The notes under the pieces: model-generated
Told to the model about the DNA's origin: nothing
The model's database searches: none
The model's input: the letters and a program-made list of their open reading frames with translations, nothing else
Part shown: one piece after another, positions 47,099 to 58,012 of the stretch
Numbering within the stretch: position 1 is the first letter of the stretch
Layout: each line of letters begins with the position of its first letter
Made by a program: the position numbers and the translations under genes
NCBI GenBank assembly: GCA_965240325.2
Contig: OZ251236.1
Location: 310,001-374,000, forward strand
Length of the DNA: 64,000 nucleotides
Source: Rebecca billardiae RCC1528
Lineage: Eukaryota; Protista; Haptophyta
Direction: 5' to 3'

Positions 47099-47821
47099 CC
47101 GCCGGGGTCGGCGCGCGGGCGGGAGGCGGGCGGGCGGTGTGTCCGAGCGCTGCGCGGTTGCCCCGGTGGCAGCCTGAACGGGAACAGGAGCTCTCCGCCT
47201 GACTCGAGTCACGGCGTACGGACTACGTCGACTGCTCACGTCGACGACAGCGTGGGCGTGATGAACTCGCGGCGCACTCGCCGCAGCCGCCCGCCATCGC
47301 AGCACTTGGCCACTTCGAATTTGCAGCGATTGCTGCAGGCTTCCGGCTCCTGCGAAGACGAGCCACACCGCGCGCCGCCGCCGACAAGTCCGTGGACCGT
47401 CAGTCACCCGGCGGCCCCGCGCCGGTTATTGCTCATCAGGCGCGGTCAGGGACCGAGCGGTCGAGTGGACCCGCGGGCGCGGCCTTTGAACCCGCTACGG
47501 TAATATGAATAATAACCGATCCTCGGACTCCTCGGGGGAACTCGTCATGACGATTCATGAGTCATGATGGACATGGCCATATGGGCCGTCAGCATCCAAA
47601 CCGATCGGACTTGACGAATATACATCTGCTGACTTATATCTGCGGATGCAAGAACATTATTACATGCGCCTTAGCGCCGGCCGGCGGCAGCCGGGTCCGG
47701 ACGGCGGCCCGCGGCCGCACCGTCCAGGCGCCAGTGCCGCACTCACAGCAGCACGGCAGGGCTGATCCCCGGGCAAGGCTTGCGCGGATGCGTCCAGAGC
47801 GGTGGACGCGCGCAAGCCTCA

Positions 47822-47897
47822 ACGCCGTGGATCGGATCAGACTCGCATGCACCCTCGCGGGTTGAGCAGCGTGTCGTCATGTTAGCCCTGACGTACT
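47822..47897 (-). promoter_or_regulatory. Eukaryotic type II SECIS element
   Basis: Minus-strand RNA: AUGAC-GACACGCUGC-UC-AA-CCC-GCGA-GGG-U-GCAUGCGAGUC-UGAU. It has the non-Watson-Crick quartet, an upper helix of about 10 bp, unpaired AA and an apical GNRA mini-stem. Confidence 0.85.
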
Positions 47898-47949
47898 GCG
47901 CGTGCATCGCGGCGGCATCAACTGTCGGGGGGCCGAGCGAGCGTCAGGC

Positions 47950-48228
47950 TTAGTCCTCGATGCCGAGGACGTCCTCCTTGTACATCTGCATGCGCTGCTG
48001 GATGTCGGCCTTCGCCGGCCAGCCGTATTTTCGGTACAGGTCGCGCTGTGCCCCCTTCCACACGACCACACCCGTGCCCGAGGCGATGATCACCTCGCTC
48101 CTCTGCCCGAGCTTTGCCGAGACCGAGGCCTGTGGCAGCACCTCCTTGATGAAACGAATGGCTGCATCGCGCTCCTGCATGCCACCGTCTCAGCTGGATC
48201 CGAACGTCACGACAAAGGAGGTCGCCAT
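47950..48228 (-). CDS. Small selenoprotein, 92 aa, Rdx/SelW-like; Sec at codon 13 (TGA 48190-48192)
   Basis: ATG at 48228 gives MATSFVVTFGSS-U-DGG, continuous in frame with track ORF 47950-48180. A SECIS lies about 70 nt after the TAA. Confidence 0.85.
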
Positions 48229-48662
48229 TCTGCTGCTGGGTGTGGGGGCTCGCCGCGGGGGTCAGGAGGCTGCCGGCGCACTTGTCGCCCGCCACTGCTT
48301 GCGTGATGCGACGGTTCAGCGAACGTGCAGTGACTCGTTGCAAACTTGGCCGGGAGATTCCGTCCGGGGCCCGCGAATATGCGCGAGTCCTGCCGAAGGC
48401 CGACACTGGCTGCCGCTCACTGGGGCGGCTGGCGACGGAAGAGTGATGAGCCTGGAGTTTTTAGAGAAAAGAGTATAACGGAAAGACTCGCGCTGTCGGG
48501 AAAATCATCCGAAAATGCGGCCGCTTTTCGCGCGCCTTTTCTTCATCAGCATTTGTAGAATTCTTGTGGTGCGGAACCCAGGTCCCGCGCAACGAGCTCG
48601 TTCCGGCGCGGCGGATCGAGGAAGGCGCGCCCAGCGGCAGGGGCCCGCGGTGGGGCGGGCGA

Positions 48663-50524
48663 ATGCGACACCGCGGCGCGCGCTCCGACGGGGCGCCGTC
48701 CGACCCGCTCCTTGACGGCTCGACCCAGGGCCAGTGCTGCTGGTTCGAGCTCTCGCGCACCGCGGTCGTGATCGTGCTGTTTGCGCTCGCGTCGCTCGCG
48801 ATCGCCCTCGTGGTCGCGGTGATCGCGCTGCTGCTCAAGAACTACCAGGAGTACGGCATCGGCGTGACCCCGACGGGGAGCGATCCGTACGCCACGGGCC
48901 GCTTTGTCCCGTGCATCTACGGCTCGTTCCCGTGCCTGTGGAACTGGAACATGTCGAGCACGGACTGGGGGTACGTGTGCACTCTTGGCAACGACTGCCC
49001 GAACGACTCGGGCGCGCGGCCCACGCTGTCGGTGGTGATGGCGACGCTGGGCGAGGGGGAGGCGGAGATCATCGAGAGCTCGATGCGTGCCGTCTCCGTC
49101 GAGGTGCACCAGGTCTTCTGCGACCGCGTGCTGCACGGGCTCCTGCGCTCGCACAAGATCCTGCTGGTCACCGTTACGCACGGCCGCGACCGCGCCTCGG
49201 TGTGCATGTCGGACCTGCTGCGGCTGTACGGCCGGCTGATCAAGGAGGTGATCTTCGTCGGCACGGGCCGCTTCTCCCCCCGCGCCGGCGGCATCCTCGA
49301 CTCCTCCAAAAACTGCTCGCAGGCCGCGCCCGCGCTCGAGCCCGCGCCCAAATCCGGCCCAGCCGTCAAGCTCAGCCTGATTGGAGATGTGTGCATCTCA
49401 AGCATCACCTCGAGCTGGGACTGCCAGCGCTGCGCGGACGACGACGACCCGAACCTCGTGCCGTCGGACTCGACGCCGTGGTGGTCCGCGTGCCGCAAGA
49501 TGCACTGCGAGCTGCGCTCCGTCGCACCCGTGGCCGACGTGCCTCCTTCATGGGGCGTCCAGCCCGCCGCCTTTGCGGCGCGCGCCGGTGGGAGCCGCGA
49601 CGCGCGCTCGGGCGGCGGCGGCGCGGCGGCGCCGGGACCTCGGCTCAAGAGCCAGATCTCGAGCGACAGCGGCGACGTCCCCGCGATGACGCCCTCCTTC
49701 TCCCCGGGCAGCGACGCGGCTGACTGCGAGTACTGGTCGCAGACCACCGAGCTGTACGATGTCGCGCACTCGCTGATTGCGTCGGACGCGCCGCCCGCGG
49801 CGGTCAGTGGCGAGCTGCGCGACTTCATCGTGCGCTACTGGAGAGCGATGTCGCAGGGCGCGACGCAGGACTACTCGGCCGTGCTGCGCGACACGCCGAT
49901 CGTCCTCGGCGACGGCGAGTGCGCCGAGGCCTCGAGCGAGACCAGGTGGTGCGTGCACCGCGAGCGCTGCGCGGCCTGCGGGCTCGCGCGCGGCGCGGCG
50001 CGCCGGCGCCGGCGCCGACGCCGCGCGACCCGCGCTGACCACGCGGCGCCGCGGCGCCCCACGCGCGCGGCGGCAGGCGAGGCGCGCCCTACGACGAGCT
50101 TGCGCGCCGCGCGGTCTCGCAGGCGATGGCGCACGCGTACGCGGGGCTCGAGCGCTCGGGGCCGCGGCCGCCGCCGGTCGCGGTCTCGGCGCGCGAGGGC
50201 GCCGGCTGGACGAGCGTGTTGGCTGTGCGCGAGCGCTACCTCGACCGGCCGATCCCGTTCGTCAACATCCGCGCGGCGTCGGGGTACACGCACGAGCCCG
50301 TGCACTTCGTGCCGGAGTACGGCGCCTGGCGAGAGACCCTCGGCTGGCTCAACCCGGACGAGCACGAGCGCTTCCGCACGCTCGCGCACGACCAAGCGTC
50401 CGAGATCGCCGCGCGCGCCGTGCTGAGGCTCTTCGACGCGCGGAGGCCCGCCGTGCCGCCAGACCTGCCAATACGCTCAGGGAGCATGGCGGAGCAGCAG
50501 TCGCGCATCATAGAGCTGGGCTGA
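48663..50524 (+). CDS. Type II membrane protein with a nucleoside phosphorylase/MTA-SAH nucleosidase (NUP-like) fold; intron 49949-50076
   Basis: TM AVVIVLFALASLAIALVVAVIALLL; EVIFVGTGRFSP, IGDVCIS..WD, VSAREGAG, IPFVNIRAASGY. The intron joins track ORFs 48564 and 50126. Confidence 0.7.
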
Positions 50525-51624
50525 TGGTCCGACGCCGCGGATCGCTCTTGATGGCGCGGCCGAGGCCCAGAGCGCCGTCCGTCCGGCCCATCGTCACTGA
50601 TAAGGCCGAAGGCGTGCTGCTCGGGCCGGCGACTCATCAGCCTGTCACTGTGTCAGTGACACTGACATGCAGTGACACTGTCAGGGCGACTCCGTCGTCA
50701 TCACTGGCGGTCCAATAAGGGACCTCCCTGCTTGGGCGGTCCGTTATTATTATATTACTCATCATCGTCGTATTAAATAATGTTTCTTTGTCCTTGAACG
50801 CGTCGTCAAAGTTCTGGAACACGGAGGACTCCATGGTGCTGAACTTTTTTTTGGGCTCCCGGACCGGTCTCTCGCACGATGGCCGCCGAGCGGGCGAGGA
50901 GACGAGACGCCTTGGAGGCCTTGATCCGGGCGCATCCGCTGGTTGGCCGCGGCACCCTGTCGCGCTCGCGCCCCGGGTGCACCTTCGTGCACTGAGAGTC
51001 ACCGATGGGCGAGAATCTGCTCGTCGACTCGAGCAAGCTGCGCGCTGTCCGCGTCGAGCTGCTCGCGCCGGCGGCCACACCTTGAGCTCGCGGCGGTGCG
51101 GGTGTGCGCATGAGCTTGTCGGCTTCGAGCTGCTCGCGCCCCGGGCCGCGCCGTCAGCTCGTGGTGGCACGGGTATGCGCACGAGCTCGTGCTTGGTTGC
51201 AGCTCCTCAGAGGACTGCCACAGCTGGCTGGCTCAGAGCTTGTTCGACGAGTGCTGAGGAGTGCGGTGTGGCCTCATTCGGCGCGGTGCGCCGCAGCGGT
51301 CAATGCGTTGCTCGATCCTGCACTGCACGACTACGTCTTGACTCGAGAGGGAGGCGCCGATATCGGGGCTGTGTGCAATGCGTCATGGCCGCTCGGCGCA
51401 GAGCCGACGCCGCACGAAGCAGCCCTCAGCCAACACCAGCGAACTGACTGACGGGTCTGACCGACTATGCAATCGGAACTTCTGGCGAGTTGGGGCCCTA
51501 TTGAGGCGTCGTATTTGGTCCTTCGATCGGCTGGGGGGAGCCCCCCCCCAGACCCCCCAGAGAGTCTGAATGCACCCCTGCTGGACGTCCCCGACAGTGA
51601 CCGGAGCCGCACGTGGCGTCGTCG

Positions 51625-52824
51625 TCACAGCGTGCACTCCGGGACCGAGTCGCCCTGCAGCTGGCCGAGCAGCAGTCGGCCGTCGGGGGCCTCGCTCACG
51701 GCCGAGACGGTGGCCACGTGCTCGCCCGTCGAGTCGGCGTACACGTCGACGATGGCGCCGTCAGACGCGCGCAGCTTGAGCACGAGCCCGACCTTCTTGC
51801 GCGTGACGGCGCGGAGCGTCAGCCGGACCATGCGCGCGAGCAAGCCGCGCACGAGCCGGAAGCGCGCAAACTTGAGCAGCGGCGACCACGGGGCGATGAT
51901 GGCGAGCAGGAAGTGCTCGCCATCGGCCGCGCGCACGATCCCGTCGGGGAAGCCCGGCAGCGCGCTCGCGAAGTCCTCGCTCGTGCCCGCGCGCGCGCCC
52001 GCCAGCCACAGCCGGAGCACTCGGAAGCCGAGGGTCTCCACCACCAGCACGAAATCGGCCGAGGCGCTCAGCGCGACGCCGTTGGCAAACCAGAGGCCCT
52101 GGAGCAGCGTGCGCACCTCGCGCGTGGCCGGGTCGTACTCGAGGAGCTTGCCCGTCGCGTCGCCGCGCATCTGGCACCGCAGGTACCCGTGCATCGTGTC
52201 GTAGAACGGCCCGTGCGCCGAGCGCGTCAGCTCGACCGGCTCGCGCGTCGAGCTGCTGAAGTAGACGCGCCCGTACGGCCTCGAGGGGTCAGGGGCGACG
52301 TCGAGGTCGTTGGCGTACGGGTCGAGGCTGTGCAGGATGCGCAGCTCGCGCGAGGGCAGGTGCAGCTCGAGCAGGCCCTTCAGCGAGTCGCAGACGAGCA
52401 GGTGCTCGCCGCCGGGCGCCAGGTGGTAGCCCAGCGGCCGCCCTGGGCCCACGTATGCGACGCGGCGCGTGTCGTACCCGCCGCCGCTCCGCGGTGATGG
52501 GTCGAGGCGGAAGAGGGCCCCGGTACGATCGAGGGCGAGGAGCGAGCCGTTCGACGTGGCGATCACCGACTCGGCCCCGATCACCGCGCCGCGCGCGTGG
52601 TGCGTGCACGTCTCGCGCAGACGCTCCCGTGGGTCCCTCTGCAAGACTCGCGCGAGCGCACCCTCACTGGCCACGAGCCGCCGGGCGCGCTCGGGCGAGA
52701 CGGCGAGCACAGGGCCGGTGCCATCCGGCATGAACATCAAGGCATAGCTGCACGCGAGCCCGACGAGCAGCGCGACCGCAGAGTGCGCCACGAGGAAAAT
52801 CGCGATGGACGTAGCGGACGGCAT
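51625..52824 (-). CDS. Strictosidine synthase-like/APMAP six-bladed beta-propeller protein
   Basis: N-terminal TM; GRPLG, DSLKGLL, YANDLDV, GKLLEYDP, LWFANGVALS, LPGFPDGI. First ATG is at 52824 (the track start is GTG). Confidence 0.9.
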   Translation of the reverse strand: MPSATSIAIFLVAHSAVALLVGLACSYALMFMPDGTGPVLAVSPERARRLVASEGALARVLQRDPRERLRETCTHHARGAVIGAESVIATSNGSLLALDRTGALFRLDPSPRSGGGYDTRRVAYVGPGRPLGYHLAPGGEHLLVCDSLKGLLELHLPSRELRILHSLDPYANDLDVAPDPSRPYGRVYFSSSTREPVELTRSAHGPFYDTMHGYLRCQMRGDATGKLLEYDPATREVRTLLQGLWFANGVALSASADFVLVVETLGFRVLRLWLAGARAGTSEDFASALPGFPDGIVRAADGEHFLLAIIAPWSPLLKFARFRLVRGLLARMVRLTLRAVTRKKVGLVLKLRASDGAIVDVYADSTGEHVATVSAVSEAPDGRLLLGQLQGDSVPECTL

Positions 52825-52956
52825 GCTGAATTCCACTATTACCTACTTGATAAAAAAGCCGCCTCGATCGACGAAAATGCGACGCGACTTTGATTTCTTA
52901 TTTGGCTTTTTTTAATGCGCGGGTTGCGGCCTTCGTCCGATCCGAGCTGCCCGTCG

Positions 52957-54285
52957 TCATCCGCTTGGTGGACTGACAGTGACGGTGGACCCGTCAGCAT
53001 GCCGCCTCGCCCTGCTGAGCACCTCCATCAGGGTCGCCTTCGTCTCGTGAAACGTGTCTTTCAACGCCGACACTGCCTTCTTGTTCGTGACTTCACTGCA
53101 CGACTTGGTCGCAGATGCAGCTTCCGGGAACGCCGCGCACACGCGCGCTCTCAGCTCGCCGCAAGCGGGCCACTTGTGAACGATGGCGGGTGAAGAGGGC
53201 GGTCGAGTTCTCGGCGCTCCTCTAGGCTGCGGGTCTGGGGTGAGCCCTGGCGCCTGTTGAGCGAGCTGCACAAGTGCGGGGCAGCGATCGTGCTGACGAT
53301 TCACGGTGGTGAGCGTTCCTGCGTCCGCCCGGCCCTGGACCTGCACTGCGCCGAACTCTGCGCTCGCATGCGCGCCGCTTCCCGACAGGCCGTGGCGCCA
53401 CGCGACGTAATTGAGTACGTACTGGTCGTGCCTCCCGCATTCCGTCTCCGTCGCCCCGCCGAAAAGCTGCGCGCTGCCGACTCTCCCGCTGAGCGCCTTG
53501 TCGGCCCCTCGCTTGGGCGCACGGCGGCTATGCGCCAGAGCATCCGCCTCGGCCGCCATCCGCTCGCACAGCCGTGCGACAGCTGCCGCCGAGCCGTACA
53601 CCGAGCCCCCGCACACGTCCGGGCGGTGTTCGCGCGTCATCGCGTCTGCCAGCGCGTCTCCCAGACACGTCCGCAGCTTGATTCGCATCCAAGCGGTGAG
53701 CTTGTCCTCCTCCGCGAAAAGGGCGAGCTCGGAGCGTCGCACCGGTTCGTCCACGGCGAACGGTGGCCACAGGAAGACGACGTCTCGCACGTCGAGCAGC
53801 CACACACGGTCGTACTGCAGCGCGGTGGAGTTCTTCGCGGCGCCAGTGCCTGCGGGCTCGAGCCAGCGCCTGTAGTGCGCCCACCTGAGCTGGTTGAGAC
53901 TCCCGAGCACGTCGTTGGACATGCCAGCTGCCGCCCTCTCGAGAGGTGGCAGCCCGATGCGTTCGTGGGTGGTTTGGGCCTCCGCACACGGTTCTGTGTG
54001 CGTGGTGACGCCATGCTTGCGCAGGAACTTCTCGGCGACGTGGTCATTCTCGACGAGCCCTGGCGAGACGCCCAGGTGTACGGCGCCCGCGTAGCCCGTT
54101 GAGCGCAGAGAGCCCAGAAAGACGGCCATATCCTGCCATTTGTAGCGGCAGGCCATGGCGAAGATGGCGTGCCGCCCATCGTCGGGGCTGCCATCATCCC
54201 AACCGCTGACCCCGCCGTCCGCCATCCGCGGCATGCTCAGCCCTGCGAGCGCCATCGCGATGACGACGGGCCGCGGCGCCGCCAT
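52957..54285 (-). CDS. Secretory GT-A-fold glycosyltransferase-like protein
   Basis: Signal peptide; FLGSLRSTGYAG, RWAHYRRWL, YDRVWLLDVRDVVF (DxD-type), CGGSVYG, HDQYVLNY, IVHKW. Confidence 0.7.
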   Translation of the reverse strand: MAAPRPVVIAMALAGLSMPRMADGGVSGWDDGSPDDGRHAIFAMACRYKWQDMAVFLGSLRSTGYAGAVHLGVSPGLVENDHVAEKFLRKHGVTTHTEPCAEAQTTHERIGLPPLERAAAGMSNDVLGSLNQLRWAHYRRWLEPAGTGAAKNSTALQYDRVWLLDVRDVVFLWPPFAVDEPVRRSELALFAEEDKLTAWMRIKLRTCLGDALADAMTREHRPDVCGGSVYGSAAAVARLCERMAAEADALAHSRRAPKRGADKALSGRVGSAQLFGGATETECGRHDQYVLNYVAWRHGLSGSGAHASAEFGAVQVQGRADAGTLTTVNRQHDRCPALVQLAQQAPGLTPDPQPRGAPRTRPPSSPAIVHKWPACGELRARVCAAFPEAASATKSCSEVTNKKAVSALKDTFHETKATLMEVLSRARRHADGSTVTVSPPSG

Positions 54286-55030
54286 CCCGCCCCTCGTCGA
54301 TCCTATTGATGTGCATTAATATGATTGACGATGCCATTTTGTGCTCACTGCCCATTTTCAATTTCCACATTACTGTAGGCGACTGGGCCGACCGCGAGAT
54401 CAGTTGGTTTTTATTGTTTTCCGGTCGTTGACTCCAGCTTTTCATCAGCAGTCTGCAGTGGGACTGTGGGAGTGATCAGCACCGCAGCAAGCGCGCGCGG
54501 TTTGCGGCCGGCGAATCGGCCCGGAATTAGGCGCGATGAACTATGGCAACGAAGTCCCGTCGTGGCAGGCGCTGCATGCGCGTCATATCCATGATTTTGC
54601 TTCCGCGAGGCCGACGTGACCCGCGGACCGGGCCCTCTCCGCCCGGCGTCCGCGGCTCAGGGCGGCGCCACCGACGCAGCGCGACGCGGCTCGGTGTCAA
54701 CTGTGCCGAGGCCATCTTCGGCTTCGCGAAGTCGTCGCGGCCGGAGTCTGCCACGACTTGTGACGATCGTGACCGCGGATGACGGGCAGACGGCCGACCG
54801 AGCTGCGCTGAGCCAAATCCGATGACGCGGCGCTCGATCGCAGTGCTCACAGTGTGTCAGTCAGACGACAATCCGTAATGATTATAAATGAATCGGATGT
54901 GTCACACGCGCGAGCGCCGAGACGCCTCGTCCGTACGGGCGTTGGACCCGCGTGCGGCCATACGTTTGGCGCACGGGCCACGCGCGGTCGGCCGCGCCGC
55001 GTGGTGGCGCGGGCTGCGCCGCCGCCGCGC

Positions 55031-56213
55031 TCAGCCCATCTGCGAGGGCTGGCGCGCGGCGGTGACGGTGCCGGGCGGTGCGTCGAGCAGCGGCATGCCC
55101 AGCCCGTGCCGCGCGAGGTTGATCGAGTTCTTCACGAGCATCGGCAGGATCAGGCGGTCGACGCCGTTGGGCGAGGGCGCGATGAACGAGGCCACGCGCA
55201 CCGCCTCGTCGAAGAAGACGTCGCCCACCTTTCGTCGTCCGCTCGGCCGAGACGGGTCGGGCACGCTCCCGCCGCCCAGGTCGATCACAACAGCGCCCTC
55301 CTTCAGCCAATCACCTGCCAGCGGCCGGCCGGCGCCGCGCCGGGCGCGCCGCGCGGTCGGGCGGGCGGCGGGGTCGGCGGCGGCGCGGCCCGCAGCTCGC
55401 GCCGCGCGCGCCGCGCGCGCGAGCCCCGCGCGCACCCCGCACGGTGTTGGGCTTGCCGTTGGTCGCGACGAGGATGTCAGCCTCTTGGACGACCGCCTTC
55501 ATGTCCGCGGTGAACGAGTGGCAGATGGTGACGGTGGCGTTGTTGTGGAGGAGGAGCTGCGCGACGGGCAGGCCGACGGTGTTCGAGCGCCCGATCACCA
55601 CCGCACGCCGCCCCTGCAGCGGCACGTTGAACCGCCACAGCACCTCGAGCGCGCCGATCGCGGTCGTCGGGACGGCGAGGGGCTTCCCCTGCTTGAGGCA
55701 CATCTCTTTGAAGTTGGCGTCCGAGAGGCCCTCGGCGTCCTTCTCGGGGGCGAGCGCGCCGAGGACGCGGGAGACGTCGACGTCGTCTCCCAGCGGCAGC
55801 TGCACGCTCACCGCGTGCACGTCGCGGTCGGCGTTCAGCTCGGCGATCGCGGCGACGAGCGCGGTCGTGCCGCACCCCCACGGCAGCGCATGCTCCGTGA
55901 CGCGCAGCCCCGGAACCTCGTCGTGCAGCAGCCTCATCGCGGCCGAGACGTGGCGGTGGCCGGTGTCGCTCGACGTGACGAACACCAGCTTCGGGACGAC
56001 GTTCTTCTCCTCGCGTAGGATGCGCAGGTCGTCGGTCAGGTCGCGCCAGACGCGCCGCGCGACGTTGTCGCCACGGATGACGCGACACCTGTGCTCCGTG
56101 CCGGGCGCGGCGGGCTTGCGCGCGTACTTCCTGCGGAGGAAGTACCACAGCGCCATCGTCGTCGCGCCCACGCCGAGGGCGATCGCACCCGCCGCCGCGT
56201 CGCGCGGGTGCAT
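55031..56213 (-). CDS. folD: Divergent FolD-family methylenetetrahydrofolate dehydrogenase/cyclohydrolase; intron 55315-55435
   Basis: IAELNADRDVHAVSVQLPL, PEKDAEG, AVVIGRSNTVGLPVAQLL, NATVTICHSFT, ADILV, VRG|DWLKEGAVVIDLG, GDV. Confidence 0.85.
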
Positions 56214-56455
56214 GGCCCCGGCGCGCGCGAGCGGCGCCAGCCAGCAGCAAGCCGACCGAGCGGTCGCTCGCGCAGCCGCCGCCGCCGGGAGTTGAGTAAG
56301 TGGGTGAGTCAGTACTCAGTAGTGAGTCGTCGACTCGCACGCCATCGTGCGTTAGCTCCGCTGCATTGGCGGCGCGCTCGCGCTACCGTCCGCCCTTGCC
56401 CAAAGCCCCCGGGGAGCTCGCCTGGTCGTCCCGGCAGATCGCGCGCTCGGCGCCG

Positions 56456-57145
56456 ATGCTGAACCAGATCAAGGCGACCTTCGGCACGAGCAATGAGCCC
56501 ACACAGCTGCAGCGCGCGGCCGAGGCGAGCGGCTTCAGACAAACGACCGCCCTCGACCGCGTGAAGCAGAGGCTCGGCCTTCAGGAGAAGACAGAGCTGC
56601 AGGAGATGCAGGAGTCGATGTGCCCGGCGCTGACGTACGAGCAGGTGCGCGCGTGGCCGACTCGCGCCACCGCACGCGCCCTCGCCGCGCACAGTCTCAC
56701 CCCCGCGCCCCATGCGCCCCGCGCGCTGCGGGGCGGCCGGTGACCGCAGCGGTTCTGGGGCTTTGCCGCGTGCTTCGGCGTGGGCGTGCTGCTCTCGCTC
56801 ACGTCGATGTTCTCGTTCACGAAGCTGGTGCTCGGCTACCCGCGCGACTTCGCGATCAAGTACACGCTGGGCAACATCATCGCGATCTGCTCCACCGCCT
56901 TCATCATCGGGCCGATGCGTCAGGTCCGGAACATGTCGGCGTCGCACCGCTGGCTCGCGGCCATGCTGTACGTGGGTGCGATGATCCTCACGCTCGTCTC
57001 GGCGTTCTACGCGAAGAGCGCGTTCATCACGCTGCTGTGCATCATCGCGCAGTTCTGCGCGATGGTGTGGTACGTCGCGTCGTACATCCCCTTCGGCCGG
57101 CGGATGATCGCCAAGTGCTGCGAGTCGACGCTCGACTCGGCATGA
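56456..57145 (+). CDS. SFT2: Got1/Sft2-family vesicle transport protein; intron 56645-56749
   Basis: CPALTYEQ|RFWGFAACFGVG, FAIKYTLGNI, FIIGPMRQVRNM, QFCAMVWYVASYIPFGR. Confidence 0.9.
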
Positions 57146-57467
57146 GAGGCCCGATCGGCACGTGACCAGGCCGACGGCGGTCCAGCTCCGATGCTCGCCG
57201 CCGGGGTGGTACCATGCGCGGCTCTTCGCGTCACGCGCACGCCCGTGCGTTGGGGGAGACCGCGCCAAGTGTCGCCACCATCTATCTACGCGGATTTACG
57301 GGCCGACCTGGCCGCAAGCTATCCGCGACTTCCGTACCGCCCCGCAGGCCCCAGCTGCGCCGGAGCGGGAGCCGACGATGCAATTATTAGGAAGATGTCG
57401 GGGAGGCCGCGCAGGCCGGGGTAGCGCGCAGGGCAAGTATAGCGGCAAGTAGTGCCGCTGCAGCATC

Positions 57468-57502
57468 ATCTCTCTAGCTCTCTCTCTCTCTCTCACTCTC
57501 TC
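57468..57502. repeat. (CT)n microsatellite
   Basis: Directly visible, interrupted. Confidence 0.8.
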
Positions 57503-58012
57503 TACGGTCTCACTCTCAATTTATTCTCTGCTCATATGCATCACTATCTGTCTGACTCTCATGACTCATCTGTCTCTCTTACTCTTAGGAGTTAGGAGTC
57601 CGTCTCTCTCTATAATGATGGCGGCGGTCGTCGACTCGCGGGACAACATGCATCATTGCATGACCGGAAAATCGGACACTGCCGCACTGCGCGTCTGTGC
57701 GAGTATTCAATATATTCATCGCGCGTCGATATCTTTATATATATTGTATGACTATTTCAGATATTGGAGATTCAGACGTTTTCAAAGACGACGAAGTATT
57801 ATTAGTAAAATATTATAATATAGAATTATTATAATAAAAATAGAATCGAATCATCTGTCAGTCCCGTCTCATGCTATCATCGCACTGATGTGCTTGTGCA
57901 TGGTCACAGGCGTGCGCGGGCACACTGCATGCGCTGCTAGCGGCGCGCGATCCGCTCCGCCGCCCCGCAGCTGCACGCGACAGCGCACTTCGCATCCGCT
58001 GAGCCCGCCAGC

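Noticed and set aside
50760-50835. Coding-like minus-strand fragment MESSVFQNFDDAFKDK
   Set aside because: Too short, and it runs into AT-rich low-complexity sequence; cannot be assigned.
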